DNA from: a virus | Taxonomy: Duplodnaviria > Caudoviricetes | DNA: 34,656 nucleotides | Reading direction: 5' to 3' (one strand) | IMG/VR virus record: IMGVR_UViG_3300049455_000025 | Location: 1-34,656 of that record | Shown: piece after piece, positions 16,986-26,117 of the stretch | Numbering within the stretch: position 1 is the stretch's first letter | Layout: every line of letters starts with the position of its first letter | The notes under the pieces: model-generated | Databases searched by the model: none | What the model was told of the DNA's origin: nothing | What the model saw: the letters and a program-made list of their open reading frames with translations, nothing else | Translations under genes and position numbers: made by a program

Positions 16986-17431
16986 GGCACCTCCTCCGGT
17001 TCGACAGGGGCGGGCTGAGGGATGACGAGGGTGTACGAGGCGTCGTCGTTGAGCAGCATCCAGCGGCTACGCAGCACCAGCACCGGCTTCTTCCGCGGCG
17101 AGTGCTCGCAGTCGAACGGCAGCGCGCACGCGCACCGGTGCAGCAGCCAGCCCACCTCGTACGACGCGGCCCGAAGCTGGTCCTCGACGAGGCCGTGGCA
17201 GCCGGTCGTCCCCGAGCCGCACACGATGAGCAGGTTGGACGGCAGGTTGATGCGCGGGTTGCGGTCGCCGCCGCGGCCGCGGGGCAGCCGATGCTGGGTG
17301 CTCCAGCCCTCGCCGCGGTTGCCGCGCAGGTCGCAGCCGTTGATCTCGCAGGCGAAGGCCGCTCGCTCGAGGCAGGCTTCTACGGTGAGTTGATCCGGGC
17401 CCGTCTGGCGCCGGCGTGATCCCACAGTCAT
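16979..17431 (-). CDS. HNH-like nuclease
   Basis: ERA..ACE..GC, QHRLPRGRGG, SNLLIVCGSGTTGCHG. Confidence 0.75.
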   Translation of the reverse strand: MTVGSRRRQTGPDQLTVEACLERAAFACEINGCDLRGNRGEGWSTQHRLPRGRGGDRNPRINLPSNLLIVCGSGTTGCHGLVEDQLRAASYEVGWLLHRCACALPFDCEHSPRKKPVLVLRSRWMLLNDDASYTLVIPQPAPVEPEEVPW

Positions 17432-17745
17432 GACGCAGCCCTCGCCAGCGTGATCCGCTTCGCCAGCCACCACGGCGACTTGAAGCCCAGCCGCTCCGCG
17501 ATCGTGTCGTGCGTGTTCCCGGCCGACGCGAGCAGCTCATACTCGGCGAGCAGTTCAGGCAGTGGCAGCCGGGCTTTGCGTGGTGGCCAGTCCGTCAGCG
17601 TGCCGTCACGGTCGCACTCCCCCCAGCAGGGAGCGCACAGGTTCCGGCCCTTGATGTAGCGGACCGCCCGGCAGCGGGCACAGGGCGCGTCGTAGTGACC
17701 GTGGGCTCGGCGCTCCTGCGGTGTGGTGACGGTCGGGCGGCTCAC
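17428..17745 (-). CDS. Zn-finger plus HTH protein (paralogue B)
   Basis: CARC...LCAPC; LLAEYELLASAGNTHDTIAERLG. Confidence 0.72.
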   Translation of the reverse strand: MSRPTVTTPQERRAHGHYDAPCARCRAVRYIKGRNLCAPCWGECDRDGTLTDWPPRKARLPLPELLAEYELLASAGNTHDTIAERLGFKSPWWLAKRITLARAAS

Positions 17746-18077
17746 GACTGCCGCCTCCGGATGAGCGCGACCCGCTCCAGCATGTGGCGAACGCTGCGGT
17801 AGCCGAGCCGGACGGCGATGACCTCGTCGGTGTTCCCCGCCGACCGCAGCAGCTCGTACTCGACGAGCAGTTCGTCGCGGTCGTAGAGGCGCCGCACCGT
17901 CGGATAGTCGGCGAGGAGTTCGGGGTCCTTGCGGACGTGGTAGTAGCAGGCGTCACACAGGCGCCGCGCGGCGACCGGCGCCGTCTGGTGACAGCGGGCA
18001 CACTCGGCCGTCGGCTTGCTGGGCTGGCAGCGCAACTGGCCGGGCGGCTTGCGCCGCTTCACGATCGGCGAGCTCAT
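17742..18077 (-). CDS. Zn-finger plus HTH protein (paralogue A)
   Basis: CARC...LCDAC; LLVEYELLRSAGNTDEVIAVRLG. Confidence 0.72.
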   Translation of the reverse strand: MSSPIVKRRKPPGQLRCQPSKPTAECARCHQTAPVAARRLCDACYYHVRKDPELLADYPTVRRLYDRDELLVEYELLRSAGNTDEVIAVRLGYRSVRHMLERVALIRRRQS

Positions 18078-18415
18078 CGGTGCCGTCCTTTCTCAGGCTT
18101 ACGGATCAGCGAGGCAGGAACCACCGACGTGATCCCGGCGTCGAGGTTCCGTGCCGCTCTAGCCGGTGCCCGCATCCACTGGGTGGTGTCCTGGACGACC
18201 TCGGCGACCCGTAGCCGTGCCGTGAGCCGGATGATCTGCGCGTCCCGCTCGGCGATCGTTGCGTCCCGCTCGGCGAGCATCCGTTTCAATCCGGCGTTGT
18301 CCGCCCGCAGCTGCTGCTCGATCTCAGCGCTCCGCAGGTCGGCGAGCGCCTCCCGCTCGGTCGCCTTCCGGTCGGCGGCGGGGGCGGGGCCACGGAAGAG
18401 CCAGCGGCGGATCAC
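18074..18415 (-). CDS. Coiled-coil hypothetical protein
   Basis: GTGA overlap; heptad AERDATIAERDAQI. Confidence 0.6.
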   Translation of the reverse strand: MIRRWLFRGPAPAADRKATEREALADLRSAEIEQQLRADNAGLKRMLAERDATIAERDAQIIRLTARLRVAEVVQDTTQWMRAPARAARNLDAGITSVVPASLIRKPEKGRHR

Positions 18416-18705
18416 GACGGACCACCGACGTAGCGGATCTGCACAGCGTGGCCGTCGGCACGCTCCTGACGCCGGGCCTCGAACATGCCGGGCGGACGGA
18501 ACAGCATGCTCGGCTTGTGCCGTATCTGCCACACCTTCGACGTCGCATGCCTGCCGGTCATGCCGGTGGCGAAGTCGACCCATCCCCCCGGCCGCTCGCG
18601 GGCGGCCACGGTCACGTTCCGCGCGTGTTCGAAGCCTGGGTGGTTCATGCCCCCGGACTGCGACCACCCCGGCGGCATACCCTGCGGCCCGCCGAAACGC
18701 TTCAC
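18412..18705 (-). CDS. Hypothetical protein
   Basis: RBS AAGGAG, GTGA overlaps. Confidence 0.6.
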   Translation of the reverse strand: MKRFGGPQGMPPGWSQSGGMNHPGFEHARNVTVAARERPGGWVDFATGMTGRHATSKVWQIRHKPSMLFRPPGMFEARRQERADGHAVQIRYVGGPS

Positions 18706-18983
18706 GTCTGCTCCTTCGGTGCACCGGACCGGCGGACCATGTACTCGGCGGCATGCCAGTCATGCGACCGAACGAGCTGCTCGACCTCGTCAAGCGGAAG
18801 ACGCCCGGTGACGATCCGGCGGGCGTCGGCAAATGCGGCATCGAGGTCTGGCGTGTCGGCGAAGCGCGGGTCGTAGCTCGACCGCCTCGTCCACAACCAC
18901 TGAGCGCCCCACACGATCACCGCTGTGCCGAGGCCGATGCAGAACACGAGGATGAGTGCGCCCTTGGCGAGGTCCCAGATCAT
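18702..18983 (-). CDS. Membrane-anchored hypothetical protein
   Basis: N-terminal transmembrane segment. Confidence 0.65.
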   Translation of the reverse strand: MIWDLAKGALILVFCIGLGTAVIVWGAQWLWTRRSSYDPRFADTPDLDAAFADARRIVTGRLPLDEVEQLVRSHDWHAAEYMVRRSGAPKEQT

Positions 18984-19324
18984 GGCTGCGGCTCCCGGAG
19001 GATCTCTCTAGCCACGGCCGTGATCGCTGGCGCCGGAAGGTAGCCCTCGACGGCCGCGTGGTCCGCGCACGCCTTCAGCAGCTCGGCGAGGGCCAGCGCT
19101 ACGGGTGGGTGCATCATGGCCATGTAGTTGAAGTCCGGCCACGACTCGTCCGGCGTGTGCACGTCGACGATCTGGGCCTGGTGGCTGTATTCGAACGTGG
19201 CGCGCGAGTTGAGCATGAACCACATGCCGATGCGGTCGCGGTCCACAGCCCACGGGCCCGGCGTGGCCGCCTCGGCGCGGGTGCGCAGCTCGGCCGCTGC
19301 ACGGCGGAGCAGGTCGGCGCTCAC
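18980..19324 (-). CDS. Ead/Ea22-like protein
   Basis: AEAATPGPW...YMAMMHPPVALALAELL. Confidence 0.72.
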   Translation of the reverse strand: MSADLLRRAAAELRTRAEAATPGPWAVDRDRIGMWFMLNSRATFEYSHQAQIVDVHTPDESWPDFNYMAMMHPPVALALAELLKACADHAAVEGYLPAPAITAVAREILREPQP

Positions 19325-19824
19325 TTCTTCGTCGCCTTCCCGTCGTCGTCGAACGTCGCGCCGAACAGGGTCGGCGCGGGCGTCGAGGCGTCCACCTCGT
19401 CCATCACCGTGTTGACGCGGGCCAGGGTGAACCGGACGCCCGCCTCGACGCTCAGCCGGTCAAGGCCGGGATCGGCATCGAAGAGATGACCCAACCCGAG
19501 CGCCACCGGGTCGGACGCGTCCAGCTGCCGCACCTGGTGGACCTGCTCGCGGGCCAGCAGCATCTTGCGCCGCTTGAACTTGTTGGTCGCGGGCGTGAAC
19601 ACCAGGACGAGCAGTCCGGACACGACGATCAGCGCCCACCAGCCCCACGTCATCCACCACGGCGCACCGTGCCGACCCAGCCACAGGGCAATAGCGACCT
19701 CGAACACGTAGACGCCAGCGGTCCAGACCTTCCACATGCCGCCGGTCTTGGCCTGCTTCTCGTACGGGCTGGACGCACGCTTACCGGCGGCGGCCGCCTT
19801 GCTCAGCCGTTCCTCAGTGCTCAC
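19321..19824 (-). CDS. Two-TM membrane protein
   Basis: Two hydrophobic helices; GTGA overlap. Confidence 0.65.
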   Translation of the reverse strand: MSTEERLSKAAAAGKRASSPYEKQAKTGGMWKVWTAGVYVFEVAIALWLGRHGAPWWMTWGWWALIVVSGLLVLVFTPATNKFKRRKMLLAREQVHQVRQLDASDPVALGLGHLFDADPGLDRLSVEAGVRFTLARVNTVMDEVDASTPAPTLFGATFDDDGKATKK

Positions 19825-20015
19825 CGGCGCACCACCGCAACGCCGAGCATCACCAGCAGGACGAGGACCACGAGCGCGGCACCGATCCACGCCGGGGACA
19901 GCACCCACCACCACGACCAGCCGATGGTGTGCGTGAGCTTGAGCACGATGAACACGATGGTCAGCAGGCCGGTGAAGCCGATGCCGCCACTGGAGGAAGA
20001 GCTTCGGTCGCTCAT
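19821..20015 (-). CDS. Small phage membrane protein (GGIGF..LLTIVFIVLKL...WSWWWV family)
   Basis: Characteristic sequence; RBS GAGAGG. Confidence 0.8.
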   Translation of the reverse strand: MSDRSSSSSGGIGFTGLLTIVFIVLKLTHTIGWSWWWVLSPAWIGAALVVLVLLVMLGVAVVRR

Positions 20016-20069
20016 CAGCTGGCGCCTCTCATGTCGATGTGGATTGCAGGTCTGCCGGCGCACGGGTGA

Positions 20070-20825
20070 TCACGACGGCGGTCCGCAACGTCCACCGTGC
20101 TGGTCTGAGCACCACGGCATGTGGCCGGTCGAGTCCGGCACCGGCTCGATGCGCTCTTCATCTAGTGCAGCCCGAAGCTGCCGCGCCTCGACCCGCTCGG
20201 CCGCCGTCTGCTTGATCCGCTTGATGCGTTCCTCTACCTGCTCGTCGGCGTCGAGCTGCTCGACGATTGCGGCCGCGATGCCGTCGTTGGCCCGTTTCAC
20301 CCACGCGTCGAACTCGACTTCGTCCGCCTCACGTGCGGCCTGCCACGAGCGGATGGTTCGGTGGTGCTCCTCGTTCTCCTTGGTGAGCCTGATGATCTGC
20401 TGCCGTGCGTCGTCGAGCCGCTCACCTTCCCTCGCTGAGGTCGCGTACACCTCGCCGAGCTGGCCGCGCAGCTCCCGCACCATCCGCCTCTGACGCAGCG
20501 CCCTACCGGCGGCGGACGTCCATGCCAGCCGGTACCGCTCGGCACCGCTGTCCAACACCTCGGCCTCGTCGTTCAGTTCGGCGATGCGGCGCAGGAGTCG
20601 GGTGTGCTCGGCGGACGGCCCCTCGGCGAACCGGTGCAACGCGACGGTCAGCATGCCCGCCAGCCGCTCCCTGGTGTTGACGCGGAGCAGCCGCTGAGCG
20701 AGGTCCAGCACCGCCGGGCGGGTGTCCTCGCTGCCCTCGATGTCGGTGCGGTGAATGGATAGCCATCCGTCGAGGGCGTCGGAGCTGGCGCCGTAGTGCT
20801 CCGGGAAGTGATCGAGGGCGCTCAC
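20070..20825 (-). CDS. Coiled-coil hypothetical protein
   Basis: Long charged helical region; RYRLAWTSA motif. Confidence 0.7.
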   Translation of the reverse strand: MSALDHFPEHYGASSDALDGWLSIHRTDIEGSEDTRPAVLDLAQRLLRVNTRERLAGMLTVALHRFAEGPSAEHTRLLRRIAELNDEAEVLDSGAERYRLAWTSAAGRALRQRRMVRELRGQLGEVYATSAREGERLDDARQQIIRLTKENEEHHRTIRSWQAAREADEVEFDAWVKRANDGIAAAIVEQLDADEQVEERIKRIKQTAAERVEARQLRAALDEERIEPVPDSTGHMPWCSDQHGGRCGPPS

Positions 20826-21127
20826 CGTTCACCCCTTGCGGCGTGCTCGCGGCGGCGGTACTCGATCAGCGACATGAGGGTCGGCGTGGTGAAGATCGGC
20901 ACGAGGATCGTCGGGATGTAGCTCGACCAAACCGGCGACATGTGCAGCACCAAGAACGCGACGACGTTGTTCAGGAGCGCACCGAACGCGAACAGGCAGC
21001 CGTAGACGTTGACCGCCAGCAGGAACCGGCCGCTGGCGAGCCGCTCCAGAGTCGCCCGCCGGGACGCACGCGCGGCAGCGAGGCGTTCGGCCCGGACCGC
21101 GGCGCGCAGGCCTGGATAGTCGCTCAC
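20822..21127 (-). CDS. Two-TM membrane protein
   Basis: Hydrophobic helices; GTGA overlaps. Confidence 0.65.
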   Translation of the reverse strand: MSDYPGLRAAVRAERLAAARASRRATLERLASGRFLLAVNVYGCLFAFGALLNNVVAFLVLHMSPVWSSYIPTILVPIFTTPTLMSLIEYRRREHAARGER

Positions 21128-21540
21128 CGCTCACCCCTCGCCAGCAGCGCGGCGATGTCTCCGCGTGTCCACGTGCCCGTAGGGGACTCCAGGCGGTCGA
21201 CGGTCTCCTGAGATAGCCAGGCGGCCTGCCCGTCGAGTACGGAGCTGTAGAACGGGCTGTAGCGCTCGACTCCGGCCAAAGGCGCACCGAGAGGATCGGC
21301 GGCGAACGCCTCGGCCTTCGTCGGTGGGCGCAGGACCGGCCATGGCAATGACACGGTCGTCTGCTCTCCGGTACGCCACATCGCGATGCCTTCACGGAGG
21401 GGTGCGTAGTCGCGTGCCTCGGCCGGGGACAGTTCCTTCAGCGGCAGGGCCAGAACGCGTTGCATCTTCCTTCGGTGCCGCTCTTGCCGGGACATCGACC
21501 GGAGCGCGGCCTGAGCACGTGCCAGGAAGCTATGCAGCAT
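21124..21540 (-). CDS. Hypothetical protein
   Basis: RBS GGAGG; operon continuity. Confidence 0.6.
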   Translation of the reverse strand: MLHSFLARAQAALRSMSRQERHRRKMQRVLALPLKELSPAEARDYAPLREGIAMWRTGEQTTVSLPWPVLRPPTKAEAFAADPLGAPLAGVERYSPFYSSVLDGQAAWLSQETVDRLESPTGTWTRGDIAALLARGER

Positions 21541-21892
21541 CGGGGACCTCCAGCTCCGGGAAGCGGCCGAGGTCGAAGCGCCGCACGAAGATGGGCAGCG
21601 GACCGCCAGCCGTCGCCGAGACCTGGCCGACGGTCACGCCGTCGGTGCGGCACTGGGCAAGGACGTGTACCTCGGTGTCGTTGTCGTCGAGGTAGACGTA
21701 CGCGTTCGTCGCGACGTCCAGCACCGTGGCGACATACACCGCGAGCGGGCAGCCACACTCGACGCCACGACGGCCGCGCACGCCCATCGCCGAGAGGATG
21801 GTGGCCACGGCCGTCTCGGTGGTGCCGAGGGCGACGAGACAGTCGCGCAGGCCCTGGTCGGTGAACGGGTACCGGATCAGGTCACCGGGCAT
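21530..21892 (-). CDS. Hypothetical protein
   Basis: GVRGRRG..C.CPLAVY...FVRRFDLGRFPEL; RBS GAGG. Confidence 0.7.
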   Translation of the reverse strand: MPGDLIRYPFTDQGLRDCLVALGTTETAVATILSAMGVRGRRGVECGCPLAVYVATVLDVATNAYVYLDDNDTEVHVLAQCRTDGVTVGQVSATAGGPLPIFVRRFDLGRFPELEVPDAA

Positions 21893-22358
21893 CGGAGGTC
21901 ACCTCACGGCGGACCGGCGCCTCGCTGACCAGCTTCACCAGCAGACGGTCGCTCTCCAGCGCGGACTCGTCCGCCCAGTAGGCGTCCGACACCGACGACA
22001 GGTCGGCGCCGACGGGCACGGCTTCGAGGACCTCGACGGCGAAGTTGGCGTCGTCCGGGCGTCCCAGGCACTCGAAGTTGTCGTCGATCATTTCCGCGAC
22101 GTCTTCCGGAATGCCGAACTGGCGCTCCACTTCAGCCCACCACCCGCCGTACGGGCGGCGGCCCTCACCGATGCTGTCGGGCTCCTGCGGGTCGAGCGCG
22201 CACCCGATCGCGCACCCCTTGTAGCCGAGCGCCAGCTTCGAGTCGAGCCGCTGATACAGGCCGTGGACGAACGCGTCCGCCTCTCGGTGCTGCTTCATCC
22301 GGGCGACGATGCGTTCCTTCAGTGCCGGGTCACCGTGCCATGCTCCGAGGTCAGCCAT
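21882..22358 (-). CDS. Hypothetical phage protein
   Basis: AWHGDPALK...H..AD....G.Y...KGCAIGC. Confidence 0.75.
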   Translation of the reverse strand: MADLGAWHGDPALKERIVARMKQHREADAFVHGLYQRLDSKLALGYKGCAIGCALDPQEPDSIGEGRRPYGGWWAEVERQFGIPEDVAEMIDDNFECLGRPDDANFAVEVLEAVPVGADLSSVSDAYWADESALESDRLLVKLVSEAPVRREVTSDAR

Positions 22359-22530
22359 TGTCCGACCTCGCTTCGCTCCACGCCTCACGGGAGTTCTCGG
22401 CCAGGTCGCCGTAGGCCGCGTCGATCGTCGCGGCGGCGGCCGCGAGCGTGGCGTGAACCAGGGCTTCGGCGTTCGCGAACCTGCCGACTAGCCGTTCGGC
22501 TTCCTTGTAATGTTCGGGCCCGCTGGCCAT
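22351..22530 (-). CDS. 59-aa actinophage small protein
   Basis: Not in track; MASGPEHYKEAERL...ALVHATLAAAAAT; overlaps both neighbours. Confidence 0.75.
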   Translation of the reverse strand: MASGPEHYKEAERLVGRFANAEALVHATLAAAAATIDAAYGDLAENSREAWSEARSDNG

Positions 22531-22814
22531 CAGGACTGTCCTCTCTGGAGGATGGACCGGCCCGCGTCCGTGAGCCGGTAGTACGTCCGAGCCGGGTACT
22601 CACGAGGGCCTCGCGGCTCATCCGGTGTGAGCGCCCGGATCCACTCGGCGCGGAGCATCTCGTAGACCCTGGCCGTGACCTTGTTGCCGACCGCGTTGTC
22701 GTACACGGCCTTGGCCTCGTAGTAGATCCGGCCCTGCCCCTCGGCGATCGCCTTGAGCAGCGCTCGGCGGACAGGGGTGGGGTAGAGGCCGTTGACCTCG
22801 ACGTAGTCAGCCAC
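22530..22814 (-). CDS. Winged-helix-like small protein
   Basis: RRALLKAIAEG...YYRLTDAGRSIL. Confidence 0.65.
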   Translation of the reverse strand: MADYVEVNGLYPTPVRRALLKAIAEGQGRIYYEAKAVYDNAVGNKVTARVYEMLRAEWIRALTPDEPRGPREYPARTYYRLTDAGRSILQRGQS

Positions 22815-23019
22815 GGCGTGACCTGTTCCTCCAGCGCCGCACCGAGACGGCCACCAGGAACAGCGGCCAGAACACGGCGACGGTCGGATAGCCGTACCAG
22901 GGCAGCGGCTCGGCCTCGTATCGGCGCACATCGGCGTGCATGGTGACGGCGAGCAGCACACCGGTGGCCAGGTGGCTGGCGGTCGCCGCCACGAGACCGA
23001 CGGCGAGGTACTCATCCAT
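22807..23019 (-). CDS. Small membrane protein
   Basis: Two hydrophobic segments, basic tail. Confidence 0.6.
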   Translation of the reverse strand: MDEYLAVGLVAATASHLATGVLLAVTMHADVRRYEAEPLPWYGYPTVAVFWPLFLVAVSVRRWRNRSRRG

Positions 23020-23218
23020 GCTTCGCTCCGTGTCCGTGTCGCGCCGTGTGCTGCGGGCAGCAGGTCCCGCACCGCCGGTCGTCGAGGTAGACCTCTGCCT
23101 GCCCCTCGGTGATCTCTCGAGCGGTGGAGAGGTCCCTCCCACACACCGTCAGTCCGGGTAGCGGTCCCTCGACGTGGGGGAGGTCGAGGGTGGAGAAGAT
23201 GTAGAGACGCTCAGCCAT
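23012..23218 (-). CDS. Small Cys/His protein
   Basis: H...TVCG...CGTC; ATGGCTGA overlap. Confidence 0.55.
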   Translation of the reverse strand: MAERLYIFSTLDLPHVEGPLPGLTVCGRDLSTAREITEGQAEVYLDDRRCGTCCPQHTARHGHGAKHG

Positions 23219-23492
23219 CGGAGCCCTCCAGCGCGCGCTTGCGCCACGCAGCCAGCACTCGGGCCGTCCGGCTCCTGTACTCGACGTCACCTGCGGGCCG
23301 CGAGATGGGCTTGGTGTTGCCGATGGAGTAGTTCGCCACGATCGACAGCCAGTGGCCGCCGCCGACCGAGTCGTGGAAGGTGCCGAAGCTGACTTCGTAG
23401 ACGTTGTGCTCCAGCGGAATGGTGCGCACCAGTTCCAGCGCCTCGGCGAGGGCTTCATCCCACGTCGCGTAGCCGTGCTTCTTCTCAGGCAT
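23211..23492 (-). CDS. Hypothetical protein
   Basis: Overlaps neighbours in operon style. Confidence 0.6.
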   Translation of the reverse strand: MPEKKHGYATWDEALAEALELVRTIPLEHNVYEVSFGTFHDSVGGGHWLSIVANYSIGNTKPISRPAGDVEYRSRTARVLAAWRKRALEGSDG

Positions 23493-24060
23493 CACAGCCC
23501 GCCAGGTCTGCGCAGTCTTCGCACGTGCACCCGGGGATGGGCTCGTCGACCCGCTTCGTACCCTCGGGCATCGGCAGCGGGAGCGGCTGACGCTTCGTCC
23601 ACTGCCGTTCGCCGTCGTCGCAGCGGATGTCCGCCCACGACCCATCACGGGCGACGCGCATCACCACCACGGCCACGCCGTGCCAGTCGAGCCGGTCACC
23701 CTTGCCGACGATCAGCGGTGCGGGCGCGAGCGGGAAGCTCCACACCGAGTGCTCCGGCTTGTCGCCCTCGGCGGGCAGTACGACCTCCCACGGTCCGCGG
23801 AAGAGCCCGTACGCCGCCCAGTCGCAGCCACGCCCGGAGTAGGGCTTCTTGAGCGCGCCGAGGTGCCGGCCGATGCACTCCTGCCCGACGAGGCTGGCGC
23901 CCGGTCCCGCGTCGCGGAAGTCCTTGAGGGTCGCGACGTCGCCGCAGCTCGGGCACTCGAACGCCCACGCGATCGGGTCGTCACCGAACCGTTCCTGCGC
24001 CTCGGCGGCCAGTTCGGCCTGCGTCAGCTTCCGCACCTTGCTTGCCAGAGTCGATCCCAT
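23485..24060 (-). CDS. VVA0879-like Cys-rich phage protein with C-terminal extension
   Basis: RFGDD...WAFECPSCG...QECIGR...GCDWAAYGLF (family name from memory). Confidence 0.7.
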   Translation of the reverse strand: MGSTLASKVRKLTQAELAAEAQERFGDDPIAWAFECPSCGDVATLKDFRDAGPGASLVGQECIGRHLGALKKPYSGRGCDWAAYGLFRGPWEVVLPAEGDKPEHSVWSFPLAPAPLIVGKGDRLDWHGVAVVVMRVARDGSWADIRCDDGERQWTKRQPLPLPMPEGTKRVDEPIPGCTCEDCADLAGCDA

Positions 24061-24062
24061 GG

Positions 24063-24407
24063 CTACTCCGCTTCCAGTGCGTACCGAGCAGTGAGAGCGG
24101 CGAACGATTTGAACTCATCCGGCGACAGCACGGCCTTCACAGCAGCGGCACCGATGAGCAGCGGGTCGCTGTGGTCTTCGGGCTGGACGGCGTAGTCAGG
24201 TCCGGTGATCAGGAGCCGGCGGCCGTTGTCGGGGGTGATGTCCCGGCGGGCGAGGCAGGCGTCGAACGACCGTGTCGCCTGCGCCATGGTGACCGGCACG
24301 CTGAAGTCCATCAACGGCGTGTTGTCGCAGCGTCGCCGTGAGCGGTAGACGACGAACCGGATGTCCTTCGGTGCCTCGTGCTTCGGCTTGTGCGTGAGTC
24401 CCAACAT
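24063..24407 (-). CDS. Hypothetical protein
   Basis: RBS GGAAGGAAG; ATG 24407. Confidence 0.65.
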   Translation of the reverse strand: MLGLTHKPKHEAPKDIRFVVYRSRRRCDNTPLMDFSVPVTMAQATRSFDACLARRDITPDNGRRLLITGPDYAVQPEDHSDPLLIGAAAVKAVLSPDEFKSFAALTARYALEAE

Positions 24408-24489
24408 CGGGGACACTTCCTTCCGTCTGGCGTCGGCCTGTCTCTTCCACGGGATGGCCGGCGCTTGGCTCGTTCTTGGTCTTGGGTAG

Positions 24490-24521
24490 CCGGGGCCTGA
24501 CCCCCTCAAGCCAGGCCCCGG
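24490..24521 (-). terminator. GC-rich hairpin after the surface-protein gene
   Basis: CCGGGGCCTG...CAGGCCCCGG. Confidence 0.5.
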
Positions 24522-24530
24522 TGTCTCGGA

Positions 24531-25487
24531 TTACGCGGTGAAGCGGATCCGACGGCGGCGCAGCGCGAGCACCAGGCCGACACCCGCACCGAGGAACAGC
24601 ACCCCGGCACCGACGAGGATCGGCATCGAGGGGCCGGTGACGGGCAGCGAAGGCGGTGCCGTCGGGTTGGTGGCTCCACCCGTCGGGGTCGGACTCTGCG
24701 ACACGCACACGGGCGTCCACTTGTGCTTCCACGGCAGGTGCCCGCGAGCGGTGACGATCACGTAGCCGTTGACCGGGTGGACGACGACCAGGTCAGGTGC
24801 GGAAGATCCGGCCACCGCGTAGGTCTTCTTGTCGATGACGTAGTAGGCGATCGACAGCGAGGACGGCGCCTGGTTGCCGAGCGACACCTGAACGGTCCCG
24901 TCGCACTTGTCGAGGAACGCCACCTGGTAGCAGGGGGTCTTGCTGAGGCCGGTGATGTCGCCGGGGTTGCCGGTGGAGGCGTTGGTCAGCTTCTCGTTGC
25001 AGGTCTCGTAGTTCCAGCCCCAGACGAACTTCCCGGCCTTCATGCCGTCGCTGAACAGATGACCGAGCCAGTCGCCGGTCGAGTACTTCGACCCGTCCTT
25101 CGGGGCACCGACGTACAGGCCCCAGTCCTTCGGGGCGTCGAACGTCAGCTCGAAGTGGCCGGCCATCTTCCCGGTCACGTCCGGCTTCATCGTCGCGCCC
25201 TTGAAGGACTTCGTGCCCTTCGTGGTGAAGGTGCCGGAGTCGTCGCCGACCGCCGTGTACGTCCACGACTGGACCTCGACGGCCTTCGCCGTTGACGCCG
25301 TGTGACAGATCTTGACGGTGCGGTGGAACGTGTCGGTCGCCCAGTCCCCGGCGGTACCGGAGTCGGGACGGACCAGGTCTGCGGACACCGTCTTGCAGTC
25401 CGTCGCCGCGGCGTGTGCCGTGACCGGTACCGCGATGAGCGTCGCGGCGAGGCCGATAGCGGCCGCCAACCTTGCGATGAGACGCAC
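24531..25487 (-). CDS. Secreted sortase-anchored (LPXTG) cell-surface protein
   Basis: Signal peptide ending AHA-A; Pro/Thr linker; LPVTG, TM helix, RRRR tail. Confidence 0.88.
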   Translation of the reverse strand: MRLIARLAAAIGLAATLIAVPVTAHAAATDCKTVSADLVRPDSGTAGDWATDTFHRTVKICHTASTAKAVEVQSWTYTAVGDDSGTFTTKGTKSFKGATMKPDVTGKMAGHFELTFDAPKDWGLYVGAPKDGSKYSTGDWLGHLFSDGMKAGKFVWGWNYETCNEKLTNASTGNPGDITGLSKTPCYQVAFLDKCDGTVQVSLGNQAPSSLSIAYYVIDKKTYAVAGSSAPDLVVVHPVNGYVIVTARGHLPWKHKWTPVCVSQSPTPTGGATNPTAPPSLPVTGPSMPILVGAGVLFLGAGVGLVLALRRRRIRFTA

Positions 25488-25583
25488 AGGTATTCCTCTC
25501 GATGAATGGGATGGGGGACACCGGGCCGGCCTGCCAGGACGAGGGAGTCAGCCGCTCGACCCCTGCGGTACCGGCCCGGTGGT

Positions 25584-26117
25584 CTATGCGGCCTCGGACT
25601 GACCGAGGTACTCGTCAAGCTCGATCGACAGTTGGTCGGCGGCCTGCGCCACGGTGCGCGCGCTCGGTGCCCGGTCGAGCAGCTTCAGCAGCCGCCTGGC
25701 CGTCGCGATCGTGGTGCGCTCGGAGTCGATGCGACCCGCGGACGAGGCGATGATCTGCGTCAGCTCGTCGCGGCTCATGTCCTCCCAGAACGTGAGCTGG
25801 AAGTACTGCCGGCCCTCGGCCTGCTTCATCACCGACATGGCCGCGGCCTTCGTCGTCACGTACGTCTCGCCGGCCACCGTGATGACCGCGCGGCCCCGGT
25901 TCCAGTCCTTCCACCGCTTCAGGCAGCCGGAGACGTAGATGTCGTTGAGAACCTCCATCGCCCACGTCCGGTGCGCCTGGTGCGCGGCGTCGCTGAGCGC
26001 CTTCAGCACCCGCGGGCCGATCGCGTGGCTCGGCAGCGGCTTGCCGTCGGCGTCCGTTCCGGCCTCGAGCATCAGCTGGTCGTACTCTGCGCGCTCTTCA
26101 GCGGTCATCCGGTTCAT
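25584..26117 (-). CDS. Hypothetical protein (177 aa)
   Basis: ATGA overlap, GC3-rich codons. Confidence 0.75.
   Translation of the reverse strand: MNRMTAEERAEYDQLMLEAGTDADGKPLPSHAIGPRVLKALSDAAHQAHRTWAMEVLNDIYVSGCLKRWKDWNRGRAVITVAGETYVTTKAAAMSVMKQAEGRQYFQLTFWEDMSRDELTQIIASSAGRIDSERTTIATARRLLKLLDRAPSARTVAQAADQLSIELDEYLGQSEAA

Noticed and set aside
15270-22946. Long plus-strand ORFs over the early region (15368-16924, 17784-19043, 21726-22946)
   Set aside because: Arg/Pro/Ser-rich low-information translations opposite a tightly coupled minus-strand operon
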